63,803 nt of DNA, filler included, from Phoronis australis (GCA_002633005.1; 9 parts of 9 records of this genome joined end to end with filler, not necessarily neighbours in it); one strand, 5' to 3'; counted from the first letter of the whole stretch, positions 13,201 through 24,595 are shown. The notes: generated by a model not told the origin, from the letters alone. Numbers and translations are program-made.

Positions 13201-16200
13201 CGGAATTATCCGATGAGTTAGATAGACGATAATTGCTGGTTTATCACAGAAGGTGACAAATAAGTGTGGAGTTATTGATGTCGTGACCTTCCGTGACAAA
13301 TTCATAGTTTCCGCTTGGCACATTGACAGTACACATCGGCTTTTTAGAAAGATTTTTGTGGTTTGACCGCAAGTTGTTGTGAACTCACTGGAGCAGGACA
13401 CCGTAGACGCTACCAGAAGAAAGAACAATTGCTCATGGTTTGTTGAACCCCAGCCTTGGTACAAAGCTGTATACTAATAATAAAGCTTTGAACCGATGTG
13501 TTGTGAAAAAATGGTAAGATAAAGTCTGATACAAAATTAGTGTCATTAAAAACTACAGTCTTTCTTGAGTAAACTAAATTATTTAACGGCGTTAGAAAAA
13601 TGGCGTTCTACCATTATTCTGCTGCTAAAGTTGTGGAGTGATCTCTAGCGACAGCTTTAATTTGGCGCCATGAAATATAGCGTCACCTATTGGCCAATTT
13701 CTTTTTTCGACGATTCTTCAATCAAATGTTCTTCTTTCACGAGGTTGCGTATACATCACAACAAATTTCTAGAATTCTGAAACCGAAAAACCAAATTTCA
13801 GAAGAAATTTTGCTGCTGCCAAGCTATCATCACCTCCCGAGAGATGTCGCAAAAATTTAAGAAATGGCGCGTGCGAGTGACACAGGCGTACTGTTTTCAA
13901 AATGACAACATACTTTTCATCATTAGAAAAGGCGGAGAGTTACGCAAGAAAATGACGTTTATTGCATTGTTTTTCACTTAAACGGCTGTAATGGGCAAGG
14001 TGAGTATCGGTTGATTCTCAGATTTTGCATGCACCCCATCCGGTCTTTAGCTTTACATGTTGATACGAGTTTCACGGCGAGGTGACGGGCAGAACTACCC
14101 TGGCTGTGTCCAATTTCGGGGTCTGCGGAAGAAATACACACAGTGGTACCTAGCTGTATTTTGACGACAGTCTTTATGCAGCTAGCTGGCTGGCAATCCA
14201 CTTGCTAGCATGCCAGCTAGCTGTATGACGTCACCTCGCCGTGAAACTTGTATCAACATGTAAAGCTAAAGACCGGACGGGGTGCATGCAAAATCTGGGA
14301 ATCAACCGATACTCACCTTGCCCATTACAGCCGTTTAAGTAAAAAAACAATGCAATAAACGTCATTTTCTTGCGTAACTCTCTGCCTTTTCTAACAATGA
14401 AAAGTATGTCGTCGTTTCGAAAACAATACGCTCGTGTCACGCGCACGCGCCATTTTCTAAATTTTTGCGACAACTTCGGAGAAGCAAAATTTGTTCTGAA
14501 ATTCGGTTTTTCGGTATCGGAATTCTAAAAAAATATAATGAAGTGAAACCAGTTCCAATAATTTGTTGTGACGTGTACGCAAGCTTGTGAAAGAACAGCA
14601 GTTGATTGAAGTATCGGCGAAAAAAGAAACTGGCCAATAGGTGACGCAATATTTCATGGCGCCGAAAGCCGTCGCCAAAGTCAGTGAGATCGCTCCACAA
14701 CTTTAGCAGCAGAATAACAGTAGAACGCCATTTTTTCCAACACTGTTAAATAATTTTGTTTACTCAAGGAAGACTGTAGTTTTTAAGGACACTAATTTTG
14801 TGTCAGATTTTATCTTACCACTTTTTTACCCACATCGGTGCAAAGCTGTATATTTACAGCTTTGTACCAAGGCTATACACTTGCATAGGCGGATTTGGGG
14901 GGGGCCCGGGCCCCCCCCTTGGCTGCCGAAAAAAAAATAAAACAGTAAGAGCGTAGGGAAATGGTGAGTTTATTAATTAACCCCGGTAATTAAAATTATA
15001 CAGATGAAAAAAGATTTAAATGTGTACAGTTTTAGTGTTGGGGGGGGCTCAAATCCAATTTCAAGTGTCAAATTCGGAACATGGCGCGTTCGTAACGGAA
15101 CTATGGCTAAGTATAGAATCTCCCGCGATATCCTAGGCGACCGGCAGCGGCGCTGTGCACTACGTCTCCGTTTCCGTCGTCTGCTCCACTGCGCAATGAA
15201 GAAAATTTACTTCATTTTTTAAAGAAAATGGAACCTGAGTGACGGTGAAAAAACAGAAGCTGCTGGTAAGATGTGAATTTTAATCGAAGCCTTAGTGAAT
15301 CACTCAGAAACTCGCAATACTCTCTTTGTCAAACCTTATGTTAATACGATTTCCAAAGCAATCCCGTCATTATTGCCAACATGAAAAACGGATTTGGTAT
15401 TTTGGGCATTTGAAGACTATTTCAAATACGACAAATTTGTTAAGAATTGATGGCACAAAATATAAAACGTGTAATAAGTATTACAAAAAGGGAACCCCTC
15501 GTCCGCCTAAGCATAAAACCGGCTTGTTGTCGTACTCACCCAACTATTCCACTTCAAAGTTATACTCTGCATAGAACTTGATTTGACTCTCACAAATCAA
15601 TAGTATTAGTTGATTCAAAAGTTTTCTTTTATTTATGCCGAGTTGTTTGAACTGTGCATTGCTTTTCGGCAGCCATTTTATAATGACTCCTATGGTCGTC
15701 ATAAGCTGCCGCCTTTTGAAAGAACAGAAAACCACACAGAAAAAGGCCAAGAAAATAGTGGAAAGTGGTTTACAGAAATTCTACTACAACCACAAACTGT
15801 TTTACTAGTATGATATCGATTTTTAAATCGATTAAAATTGATTTAGAATTTCAGTTCTGGAAAATAAATCGCAATTGCTTTATTCCAGATAGACCTTGGC
15901 TTATTTTCTATTTGTGTCCTCTTTATTTGACTTTTTACTCTTGTTGTACTTAACACCACTTATCTCTGCTGTCTTTCCTTTTCTTTTCAGTTTTTCTTCA
16001 TCCTCTGTTAACACCTTGTCAGCCAAAGCAGAACTGAAACCCTTTGAGACTTTGTCTGACATGCAATTAAGTTGATCATTGAACCTCGATACAATTGTTC
16101 TAATAAATTACCCAATATCGTATTGTTTGATTTTTTTTCTCACCTTTAACAGGCTTCTGCAATCATAAATAAATACCCAAGTTGTATTTGCATTTTATTG

Positions 16201-17616
16201 CTCAATCTCTTCTTTTATTTTTGATTATGTCATGCTGTGTTGTATGTAACAATGCAATATAGTGAAATAAAGTCAATGTTTTACTTTATTGGTGGCCATT
16301 TATTTATTTTAATTTTCTTCAAATAAATTCAAAATGCTTTAACCAAAAATTTCAACATAAATGTTGAGCTCAGTACTTTGTTTTGCAATAAAAAATAAGT
16401 GGACAATATTTTGATGACCAAGGCGTGGGCCGAAACTGTTAAGCACCCAGCGTGTTCCATTTGTCTGTTGCGTTTTTCCTTTGACAAATAGATACATTGC
16501 ATAAACAATATCTGGGTAGGTTTTTGTTCCGTCAGAAGAAAATTTAATTTCGAAAATATCTTCTGAAAATGAACAAAAAAGTGCATTAGTAAAATCTACA
16601 AGTTTTTGAGTGGTCTCAAAAAAACAGTCGGTAAATGCATTAATTTTAGTCTCAGTTCTTCCATGCGTGTTTCTCCCGAGAGGTTAGTACCTAACGTGCA
16701 GACGAGCACTCCAAATTGGAACGCTAAGTCCTGCGTGGCTGCGCTGCACGCGCAAACGCTGTGGCCCGTAAACAAGTAAGTCTTTTAGTATTAGTTGCAG
16801 CTAAATCGTGGTGGTGTAGTGGTAACGTGCGTGCACTCTAAACGCCAGGTCGTGAGTTCGAGTCTTTGATACATGCATTTTTTTCCTGTATGACACGTTC
16901 TCTGTTTTTTTTGCCTGTTTTTTCTTGGATAATACTTCAGGAATCAAGGAAAATGCTTGATTTTTAGAGTTAAAAACAGAAAAATTTCCTGGGCGGGGGT
17001 GAGGGGGGCAAACCCCCCTCCCGACCTCCCCCCATTCGGTGCTATGCGCAGCTACAATCGTGGTTCAGTTTTGCGCAAATGCTTCCAGCCGGACAAAATG
17101 TTGGGCCCNCCATTCGGTGCTATGCGCATCGTGGTTCAGTTTGCGCAAATGCTTCCAGCCGGACAAAATGTTGGGCCCCCCCCTTGTGATATCCTAGATC
17201 CGCCACTGACTTGCAAGCTTTTACAGAAATTTTCTTACAAGCACAAAACAGGTTGAAAATGTCGAAAATAAGCACAATCGTGTAACTCAGGTAACTTGCA
17301 GTGAAACGGCCTGCTTTCCATTTCGCAACTGGCCGATTCAGGCTGAGTGATCACTACAACAAATTTCCCGCGTCGCTGAAATCGCAGTCAATAGAATAAT
17401 AAAGCCTACGCGTCAATAGGCAGGCTTCAGTGATCTCATTAGAATGAAAACAAATACACAAATAAATACATTTGAGATGTAAAACAAGTCTTTCAATACT
17501 TCTTAATAAGGAGACAAATAAAATGTCTAATTACCCTCGTTGCTTTCATCCATTTTTACAAAACAACACGCATACTGCACGGCCACCAACACATGACTTT
17601 TCAAAGACGACAACAT
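1291..17616 (-). CDS. Multi-exon gene: uncharacterised N-terminal region followed by two EH (Eps15-homology) domains; 3' end not found in the window
   Basis: Phase-compatible GT-AG exons: 17535-17553 (or from the upstream ATG at 17616), 11058-11162, 9230-9369, 8002-8080, 7169-7252, 4988-5051, 1931-2142 and 1291-1476. The spliced product contains EH1 (WLPISDDEFCYYMRLFHELGPVEGFLSGDSVRDFFLQSRLSLLVLSQIWNLADETLDNLLDVREFMSAAHLCCGKVQGRKLPQSLPHSL) and EH2 (LTEFKEAFKKL...LSGANFVGILNSFNVPQDKLQRLWRLSATKADQRLRMPEFAIFSHLVQLIGQG). The EH exons are well supported. The two most 5' exons rest only on open frame, splice signals and phase. Confidence 0.8.
2206..2840. repeat. Near-identical ~168-bp direct repeat pair in an intron
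   Basis: GCAGATTGTCACCCACC...GCGCATATAAAAA occurs at ~2206-2374 and ~2674-2840, separated by ~300 bp. Confidence 0.9.
12004..12835. mobile_element. Small ISL2EU/Harbinger-like MITE interrupted by a nested element
   Basis: TIRs GGGTCCCTCCTCAAAATGGCT and AGCCATTTTGAAGAGGGACCC, flanked by AT on both sides. A partial copy lies at ~28810-28886. Confidence 0.65.
12035..12752 (+). mobile_element. Non-autonomous DNA transposon with 9-bp TSD (MULE-like), copy 1
   Basis: Ends TAGGCAA...TTGCCTA, flanked by CCGAGAAAC / CTGAGAAAC. It is homologous along its length to 49453-50187. Confidence 0.8.
13061..13451. mobile_element. Palindromic MITE with ~150-bp imperfect arms
   Basis: AAACCATGAGCAATTGTTCTTTCTTCTG at 13071 is mirrored by CAGAAGAAAGAACAATTGCTCATGGTTT ending at 13441. 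Complementarity continues inward. Confidence 0.8.
13451..14875. mobile_element. 1.4-kb foldback DNA element (YAGCCT ends, Academ-like)
   Basis: Arms ~13451-14087 and ~14229-14875 are reverse complements around a ~140-bp spacer. The termini are AGCCTTGGTACAAAGCTGTA / TACAGCTTTGTACCAAGGCT. The superfamily call is tentative. Confidence 0.85.
14884..17208. mobile_element. hAT-like non-autonomous element with 5-bp TSD, carrying nested repeats
   Basis: Ends CATAGGCGGATTT / AGATCCGCCACTG, with ACTTG on both sides (14879-14883 and 17209-17213). Internal segments recur at ~18250-18816 and ~25555-25850. Confidence 0.7.
16808..16866 (+). mobile_element. tRNA-derived SINE/pseudo-tRNA fragment
   Basis: TGGTGTAGTGGTAA (A box) and GAGTTCGAGTCT (B-box-like). 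There is no acceptor stem. Confidence 0.45.
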
Positions 17617-17880
17617 GAACTTTCGATAAATAGGTCAATCTCGCATGTGAACGAGATTTACAAGTGACCCACCATATTTCGTCTTCCTGCGACTGGAAAG
17701 TGGAATTTTCACTAAACAAATGGGCGCTACCGGAATATTGTACGGTGGTGCCACTGGGGTTGTGTTTGGAGTCCTTACAATTATTGGTACTGTGTCAATT
17801 AAAAGTGTTCAGTTGTCGGTACTATTGCTTCTTCGTCTCTAAATCCGATAGACTTTGCGATTCTCTAATCACATGACTGC
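17554..17880. promoter_or_regulatory. Putative bidirectional promoter with MiT/TFE (M-box/CLEAR-like) E-boxes
   Basis: Divergent ATGs at 17553/17616 (-) and 17720 (+). Motifs: CACATGACT at 17590-17598 and TCACATGACT at 17869-17878 (both reverse complements of AGTCATGTG), and CATGTGA at 17644-17650 inside the inverted repeat AATCTCG...CGAGATT. Confidence 0.55.
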
Positions 17881-20353
17881 GTTCCCGTTCGTCAGTCGAC
17901 GAAAACGGCGATCGATTCACCTATATGTTTGTTAAGATTCCATCTTTCTGTATTGTCCTATGTCACCTAATTGAGATTTTTTTCTAATATAGGCTACCCT
18001 AATGTGCTCGTGCCAGATTGTTGGCTCGCGAATGGTAGTGCCGGGGTTTAGTCAGCCAGCCATTGCCACATGATTGCCAGGCAATGGCAACGACTGGTCG
18101 TCCCATCGCCATCGACATCAGCCTAGCATTTGCGGATTTAGAGGGTTCAAGGGGCCATGGCCCCCCTAAAATTTTCCCATATTCCATTGGCAGTTGGGGG
18201 TGAGAATGTCTGATGGGCAAAATCCTGGCTAATATACTCCGATGCCCTATAGTCGTCCGCCTAAGCATAAAACCGGCTTGTTGTCTTACTCACCCAATTA
18301 TTCCACTTCATAGTTATGATCTGAATAGGACTTGATTTAACTCTCACAAATATATAGTATTCGTTGATTCAAACGTTTTCTTTTACTTACGCCGAGTTGT
18401 TCAACTGTGCACTGTTTTTCGGCAGCCATTTTATAATGGCGCCTATGGTCGTCATATGCTGCCCCCTTTTGTAAAAACTGAGAAACATGCAGAAAAAGGC
18501 CAACGAAGTAATGAAAATTGCAACAGCCTGTTTTTATTGACATAAACTCGATTTGAAGTTTTGATGTTGAGCTCTGCACTGTGGTTTCCAATAAAAGCCA
18601 ATTGGACAACATTTCAATGCAGTTTAATGGTGAACGTGAGGCAAAAATGTTAAGAACCCAGCGTATCGCATTTGTCTGCGGATTTTTCCTTTGGCCTTCT
18701 AGATCCTACTAGTGCCTGGGACAAACAGATACATTGCATAAACAAACCCTGGATCATGTTTTGTGTCCCGTCGGAAGAAAATTTAAATTCGAAAACATCT
18801 TCTGAAAACGCACAAANNNNNNNNNNNNNNNNNNNNNNNNNNNNNNNNNNNNNNNNNNNNNNNNNNNNNNNNNNNNNNNNNNNNNNNNNNNNNNNNNNNN
18901 NNNNNNNGGGTGAGAATGTCTGATGGGCAAAATCCTGGCTAATACTCTGCCCTGCCCCCCCCCCACTCAAATTTCTGGGTCTGACCCTGCCTAGGCCAGG
19001 GCATAGATCACAGATGGCATAGACACAAATCTTACAAATTCCACTGGATATCTTCCCATGCTAATTTTTGCAAGCGTCACATGCTTCACTCATTATTGAC
19101 GTGACGTCATTTGAAATACTTTCTGGTTATCTCACATGTTGCGCTTGTTGATTGTTATGTATACCCTGTCATTGACTGCTGCCTATCTATTCATTTGGGG
19201 TCATTTGTTGATTACGAAATTTCATCGGTGAATAACCCCCAATAGAGGATTAGGCAGTTGCCAATCACAGGGTAGTTACTATTTGACGAGCGTCTCATGC
19301 ACTGGTGAGATTAATAATCTCACATTATTTCTGGCTTGTCTTGGGACACAGTTGAGTGACATCTTCGTACGTAGAAGTCAAAATTTGCTCAGAAATGTAG
19401 TTCACTGGTAAAAAAGTGCTTGATATTATTATGCCTTTGTAAGTCAGTACCATTGTTGGGTGCCAGCATTGCCAAAAACATAATTTGATGTAAATTTCTT
19501 TGTCCTAATTGGGATTAGAATCGAATTTTGAGAACCAGTTTTCTCCACTGAATAACGGGTATCAAACTCCTTCCCAAAATACAGGTACGTTATATCAGAC
19601 TATTGCCCCAGAAGTCTTATTACAGATTCTCTCAGAATGAAGTTTTGAGACTGATGTGAATTTACTAGTCAGCACTTGTTACTTCCAGGTCTTTATTATG
19701 TGATCACTGGTCAAGGGTACAGGATTGACATAGGATGGTAAGCTTACGTATATAATATCCAGTTGCGCTGGGGTATTACTGTCACTATCAAAATATTCCA
19801 ATTCAGTTATGGAATAGTTGGTTGTAGTAAAATATTTTGGAGCGTGTAAACCAAAATTTAGAGTTGCCATGAGGATTTGTGTCCAGGGTAGAACTGTGAG
19901 GTATAGTTTTCTGTTTTTCTACAAGGCATATTACCACGCACAGTTAAGACACAGAAACCAAATGAATGTTTACTATAAATGTCTGTAGTCTAGTGACTCA
20001 ACTTGGTAGCAATGGTAAATCTTTAGCCTTGGTGGCCAAGCAACCCTGTTGATGAGTAGCAGACTTGCAGTGCACATAAGGTAAGCTGAAGATATATCTG
20101 GGAAATTAAAGTTTGTTCAATTATAACAAATCTTCAATTATTGGTTTAAAAATTTGCCTATATAAGGTCGTGGAAAAATATACAAGAGACTCACTTGTCT
20201 TGTGCAATATGAATGATGCAAACATACACGTGTCCGCCCATTCCTTGACTTCTTCATTTGTCATTCCAGGTTCCTGACCAACGTGTCACCCTACATGTGG
20301 GCATCTCTAGGAGTTGGTTTATCAATCTCACTGTCTGTCGTCGGGGCTGCCTG
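17720..20353 (+). CDS. ATP6V0B: V-type ATPase 21 kDa proteolipid subunit c'' (exons 1-3; truncated by contig end)
   Basis: Exons 17720-17786 ([23 protein letters not shown]), 19689-19737 ([16 protein letters not shown]) and 20270-20353 ([28 protein letters not shown]). The last matches the ATP6V0B/Vma16 signature [23 protein letters not shown]. Splice sites are canonical and phases are compatible. Confidence 0.95.
18127..18989. mobile_element. hAT-like MITE with 5-bp TSD, interrupted by an insertion and an N gap
   Basis: CCTAG flanks both ends (18122-18126 and 18990-18994). The core GAATGTCTGATGGGCAAAATCCTGGCTAATA is shared with ~12840-12935, 27730-27889 and 39162-39319. Confidence 0.7.
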
Positions 20354-20653
20354 GTACGTTAACTACTCCACCTACAGGGAATAAATGGGGTTGTGGTCCT
20401 TGTGTAATCAAGTTCACAAAAATAAGTCGATTTCAATTTCTGGACATTGGTATTAATTATATATGTTAATAAGGCTGTGTACAAAATGCTGAGTAGATGG
20501 TACCATACACACATTCTATACAATTTTTACAGGATATTTTTATGATCAAGTTTAACCATTGTTTGTTGTAATTTATTGTTTCAAAGATGAATTGTAGTGA
20601 GATTTAGTGTTCATCTGAGCATACAATTTGAATGTAGAAACAACCCACGTTGT

Positions 20654-20753
20654 NNNNNNNNNNNNNNNNNNNNNNNNNNNNNNNNNNNNNNNNNNNNTTA
20701 ATTAATTAANNNNNNNNNNNNNNNNNNNNNNNNNNNNNNNNNNNNNNNNNNNN
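20654..20753. other. Artificial contig linker (first of eight)
   Basis: 44 N + TTAATTAATTAA + 44 N. Identical linkers lie at 37440-37539, 40137-40236, 48063-48162, 51473-51572, 55259-55358, 58381-58480 and 61481-61580. Confidence 0.98.
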
Positions 20754-21277
20754 AAAATCTGTGTGGGAAGGGGGGAAGGCAACTGAAATAAAAATTTATG
20801 GGTGGTTGCGTTTGATTTAAATTCAAAATGGGTGGTGGTCGTACTTCAAAAAAATAAAAATTTACAGGTCGTTGTTGTTTCATTGGGCCATAAATGTTTG
20901 ATGGTGGGTAATTTTAGTAAATTTTATAAACAATCCGCACAGAATCAAAAACTGAAACAAAAATGCAACTTGCAAAAAGCTCCGACTTTTTCACTCCCTC
21001 CGATCTCCTCATCGGCATGCCCATAACACAATGGCTAATAACCATATATAAGATACATATGTTTTCTTAGTAACGTTAGTGGTGATGGAGGAACAGCTAA
21101 ACTCGGCAAGCGCCTGTGCAGTCAACCACAAGAACAAAAAAAAATTACGGGTGGTTGCATTTCAAACTTATAAAAAATTATGGGTGGTAGGCTGAAGAAA
21201 TAAATGAAAAATATGGGTGGTGGGTGCGAAAAAAGGTGCCTTCCCCCCTCCCATACAGATTTTACTGGAACAGCCCT
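20754..21277. mobile_element. Inverted-repeat MITE; left end cut by the linker
   Basis: AAAATCTGTGTGGGAAGGGGGGAAGGCA is mirrored by TGCCTTCCCCCCTCCCATACAGATTTT, with repeated internal ATGGGTGGT motifs. Confidence 0.65.
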
Positions 21278-23039
21278 CACATAGTACCCTATAGATTGTC
21301 GAAAACGGGAAATTTGTCTCTTAGAACTCATCCCATTCCATGGTACCTTATACTTTGTCATCAGATAAGTACTAGTACCACCAGCATCTACAGGACACAA
21401 TATCACGAACACTGATCAAAATTCCTTTCGTGTTGAGCTGAAGAATTATGGAATTAGTAACAACTTCATAAGAAGCTCTTTGAAGTGTAGTAGATAAGCT
21501 GCCTCTGTATCAGTGTGTGTGTGTATTATGCCGGACAAATGATGACGGGTAAGTATACACCAAATTGATATTAGTAGAATAAAAATCACTCTCAATATTT
21601 ACTAAATGAGTGTTGTTTGTAATGCCCACTGCAGTGTGCATATGTATATATTATTTAATGCTTTATTAGTATTTCACTGAATTCACATTACCTGACAGTT
21701 TGTCAATCTGTGGCATTGTGATGTATGTGACCTTTGAACTTTGATCAAAAGAATTGGTTGCTTTAACATGTTTATATTTTTTCAACAGGTTTTCAGCGAG
21801 TGCCATGAAGGTGGAGTTATTTCCCCTGCAAGCTGTGTCTATATGAAAGAATGGTTAGATATGTGACGGTATTCTTCATGAGGGATACCCTTCATCTTAT
21901 GATATACTGAACATTTGTACTAGTATCCAGTTATAAGGAAAATTTTGCATTATTTAATCTTAACATGCAGACAAGTCAGTATTACCAAGTATGGCTTGTA
22001 ATGAGTGGTTTGATTTAACCTGTGCAAGGGTTAAAGTGCTTTAAATATGATTTGTAATTATCCTAAGTTTATTAAACTGTTTAAAGTAATATTCTTGCCA
22101 TCCTTTTAGCCTCCACAAGGCAACTTTGAAACTGTTTGAAGATCGTATTTCTAATTCCACTGTGCAAAAGTTCTCACTGTTGATCTGCCTAAGTAAGTTG
22201 CCCAAACTGAGTCACTGATGAGCTACTGAAAAGGTACTCAACTCCAAGATCTAACTGTTAGTAGTTCAAAATGGATTATGTTGTCGCATTACAAATATGT
22301 AGATTACTAAGTTGTGTTGCAAAAATAGTTTTACTTAAGTCTGAGATAAACGGTAATAAATCAATCGTCTATTTTCAAATTCAACTCTCCTCTTTTACAG
22401 AGGTAAAAACAGGCGTTGTATGCTTTGCTTGTTATATATAATTTTTTGAAGTTGAATATGCCTCTGTCCACAGTAATGAGATTTTTCTGAATCCTCTAGA
22501 GAGTTTCCCATTTATGCGCCTGTTCTTCGTCAATGGAGGCTACTTAGTATTTTTTTTGAAAAACTGTCCATGCGCACTTTCATTATACAAATTACACCTT
22601 TTGAAACGAAATTTTAGAAAGATCCAAAGAGTTTACCACACTATTTATTACCTTTACCATTGGAAGTCTTCAAAAGGCCCACTTTGTCCTGTGTTTGCAT
22701 AAGCAGACGTCGCACGCTCCTGTGTTCCTGTCGAATAGGTTTTGAGTTAAACAATTTAGGCGTCAATTCCTCTGAATTTTTTCAAGTAGGTGTTGCTGTC
22801 GTTAATTTTAGGTTTTAAATGAAATGGTGTTACTTGCCGAAGGTTAACAGAAAATTTACAAAGTCGAATAATATGATTAAATTTTTTTGTATGATAATTA
22901 CCCAAATGCATGAGCATATCTATCTTCAAACGAATGCAAGTCCAGTTTTAGAAACTTGTTTAAAACAAGATTCGACAAAACGTGACTATTTGGAAAATAA
23001 TGCATTCCAAAAAGTGAAAACTTCTCCAACCCATGAATG

Positions 23040-23893
23040 ATGACGAGGTCGAGCCAACTGACAAGGACTATAGCTGGTAACTTGGTGAAGTATCTTCTCA
23101 CGTTTGATTTTGTGCGCTTTATGTTCGTTTTGAGTCAAGTACAGTACCATGTCAACGGTATTCAATTTCCAAACCCGAATCTCCAAGGAGCCGTGCTGAC
23201 CTGAGCTCAGTGCATCAACACTTCACTGTTGAACGTGATGGTCTGTCGCAGGTCTCTTCAAGAAGAGCTGAAGGTGGCGGAAGATTGGGCAGTTACTACA
23301 GAGCGACATGTGAGGCGAACGCTACACATGGCTGGTAAGGAAGGAGCTGGTGTAGGGCTATCCGTGCTGACATGAAATCGTCAGAGTGATGAAGCTTGCA
23401 GTAGACATTGGCAACTGAACTTCCAGCATTGAACTCTGTTCGGCTTCTATGGACGTCCAGTCCCTGATGTTTGGCATCATGGAATCAGATGATTTGCAGC
23501 AACGTTGTGCTGACTTTGTTGCGGCATCTGAAGGGGACCTCAACGGCAAACCACTTCAGAAAAAGTTATTAGCTGCCGAAAGCTTTTTAAGAAACGACAG
23601 CACACAAAAATTCCTTCATCACAAGAACTTAGATCTTCTGTAGCCCATGGAAAGGATTCGTTTCAAAATGTTAGAACGGTGTTGCAGATATTGTTCGGAC
23701 CTTGGTAGTCATTGTGGTAACTTGCAAAAGGATCTTACAAGTTGTAGTTAAAAGTTATCTAAGGTCAACGATGAGTCAAGACCGATTGGCCTCAAAACTT
23801 GTCATTCGTTCAGTTGAGAAAGAAGAGTTTGACTCCATTTACTTTGATGACGTCATCGATAAGCTCACAATAGAATATCAGATAATTACATGA
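23040..23893 (+). pseudogene. Decayed hAT transposase C-terminus (hATC dimerisation domain)
   Basis: Frame-broken fragments: AGNLVKYLLTFDFVRFMFVL, DDLQQRCADFVAASEGDLNG and FQNVRTVLQIL..KSYLRSTMSQDRL..SVEKEEFDSIYFDDVIDK. The YLRSTMxQxRL motif is typical of hATC. A hAT-like end remnant lies near 24050-24083. Confidence 0.8.
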
Positions 23894-24595
23894 AAAGCGC
23901 TGTAAATATTTTTCTTCATTGCTGTGAACTTGTTCATGTTACCACATTTTCAAGAAAAGTGTTCATCATGTAGGTTCTTCTTGTTCAAAACTTGTCTTTT
24001 CTCCGGTAAAAGGAATACCAGCTGGGGGCGTCAGTGTTTTGGCATTCTTGAGCCCGGGCGCCAAGAAATAGCTACGCTAATGGCGCATATTACATGTAGT
24101 TACAAAGTAGCTGCAAGTAGTCGAAGGTGCTTGAAGAGACTTGTAGAATGTCTTGTAGGTATTTCGCGCTATTTGTTAGTTGTATCGGTACATGGTTATG
24201 AAACCTCCGTATAGTCTTTGGTTTGTCGTTCGTTGCGCATTTTTGCAGTGCGAAACGGCAAGAAAGCTGTGATCTATGACAACGTAAACAGCGATTTTGA
24301 ACTCAAGGCGTTGTATGACAACATCCACCACTCCATAGAAGAGGAGGTCCGCTACGACACTCCAGCACTATGCCGACAAGACTACGAGCAAATGGACGTG
24401 ACAGACGTAGACTCTATGTTGTTTGCCTTCCCAGCGTCACTGGCAGCGGGGCTGTCGAAGAGCTTGCTTCAAATGAGAAAGTCCCTGTTGAAATGTATGC
24501 ATAACTTTTGCAAGAAATATCACTGTACGGGAAGGCTCTCAGCGGCCTGCGAATAAGCAGTTGTTCCAAAACTCGGAACTCTTCCAAAAGAACAG

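Noticed and set aside
16405-16445. Hammerhead-like TGATGA..CGAAAC (also CTGATGAG..GAAA at ~22215)
   Set aside because: The core is incomplete (no leading C, or no stem II closure), and no convincing stems I/III were found.
19679-19870. 63-aa minus-strand ORF
   Set aside because: It is antisense to ATP6V0B exon 2.
21960-22045. PHD-finger-like fragment CNEWFDLTC
   Set aside because: It is too short, lacks the His ligand and is surrounded by stops. At most it is a decayed TE remnant.
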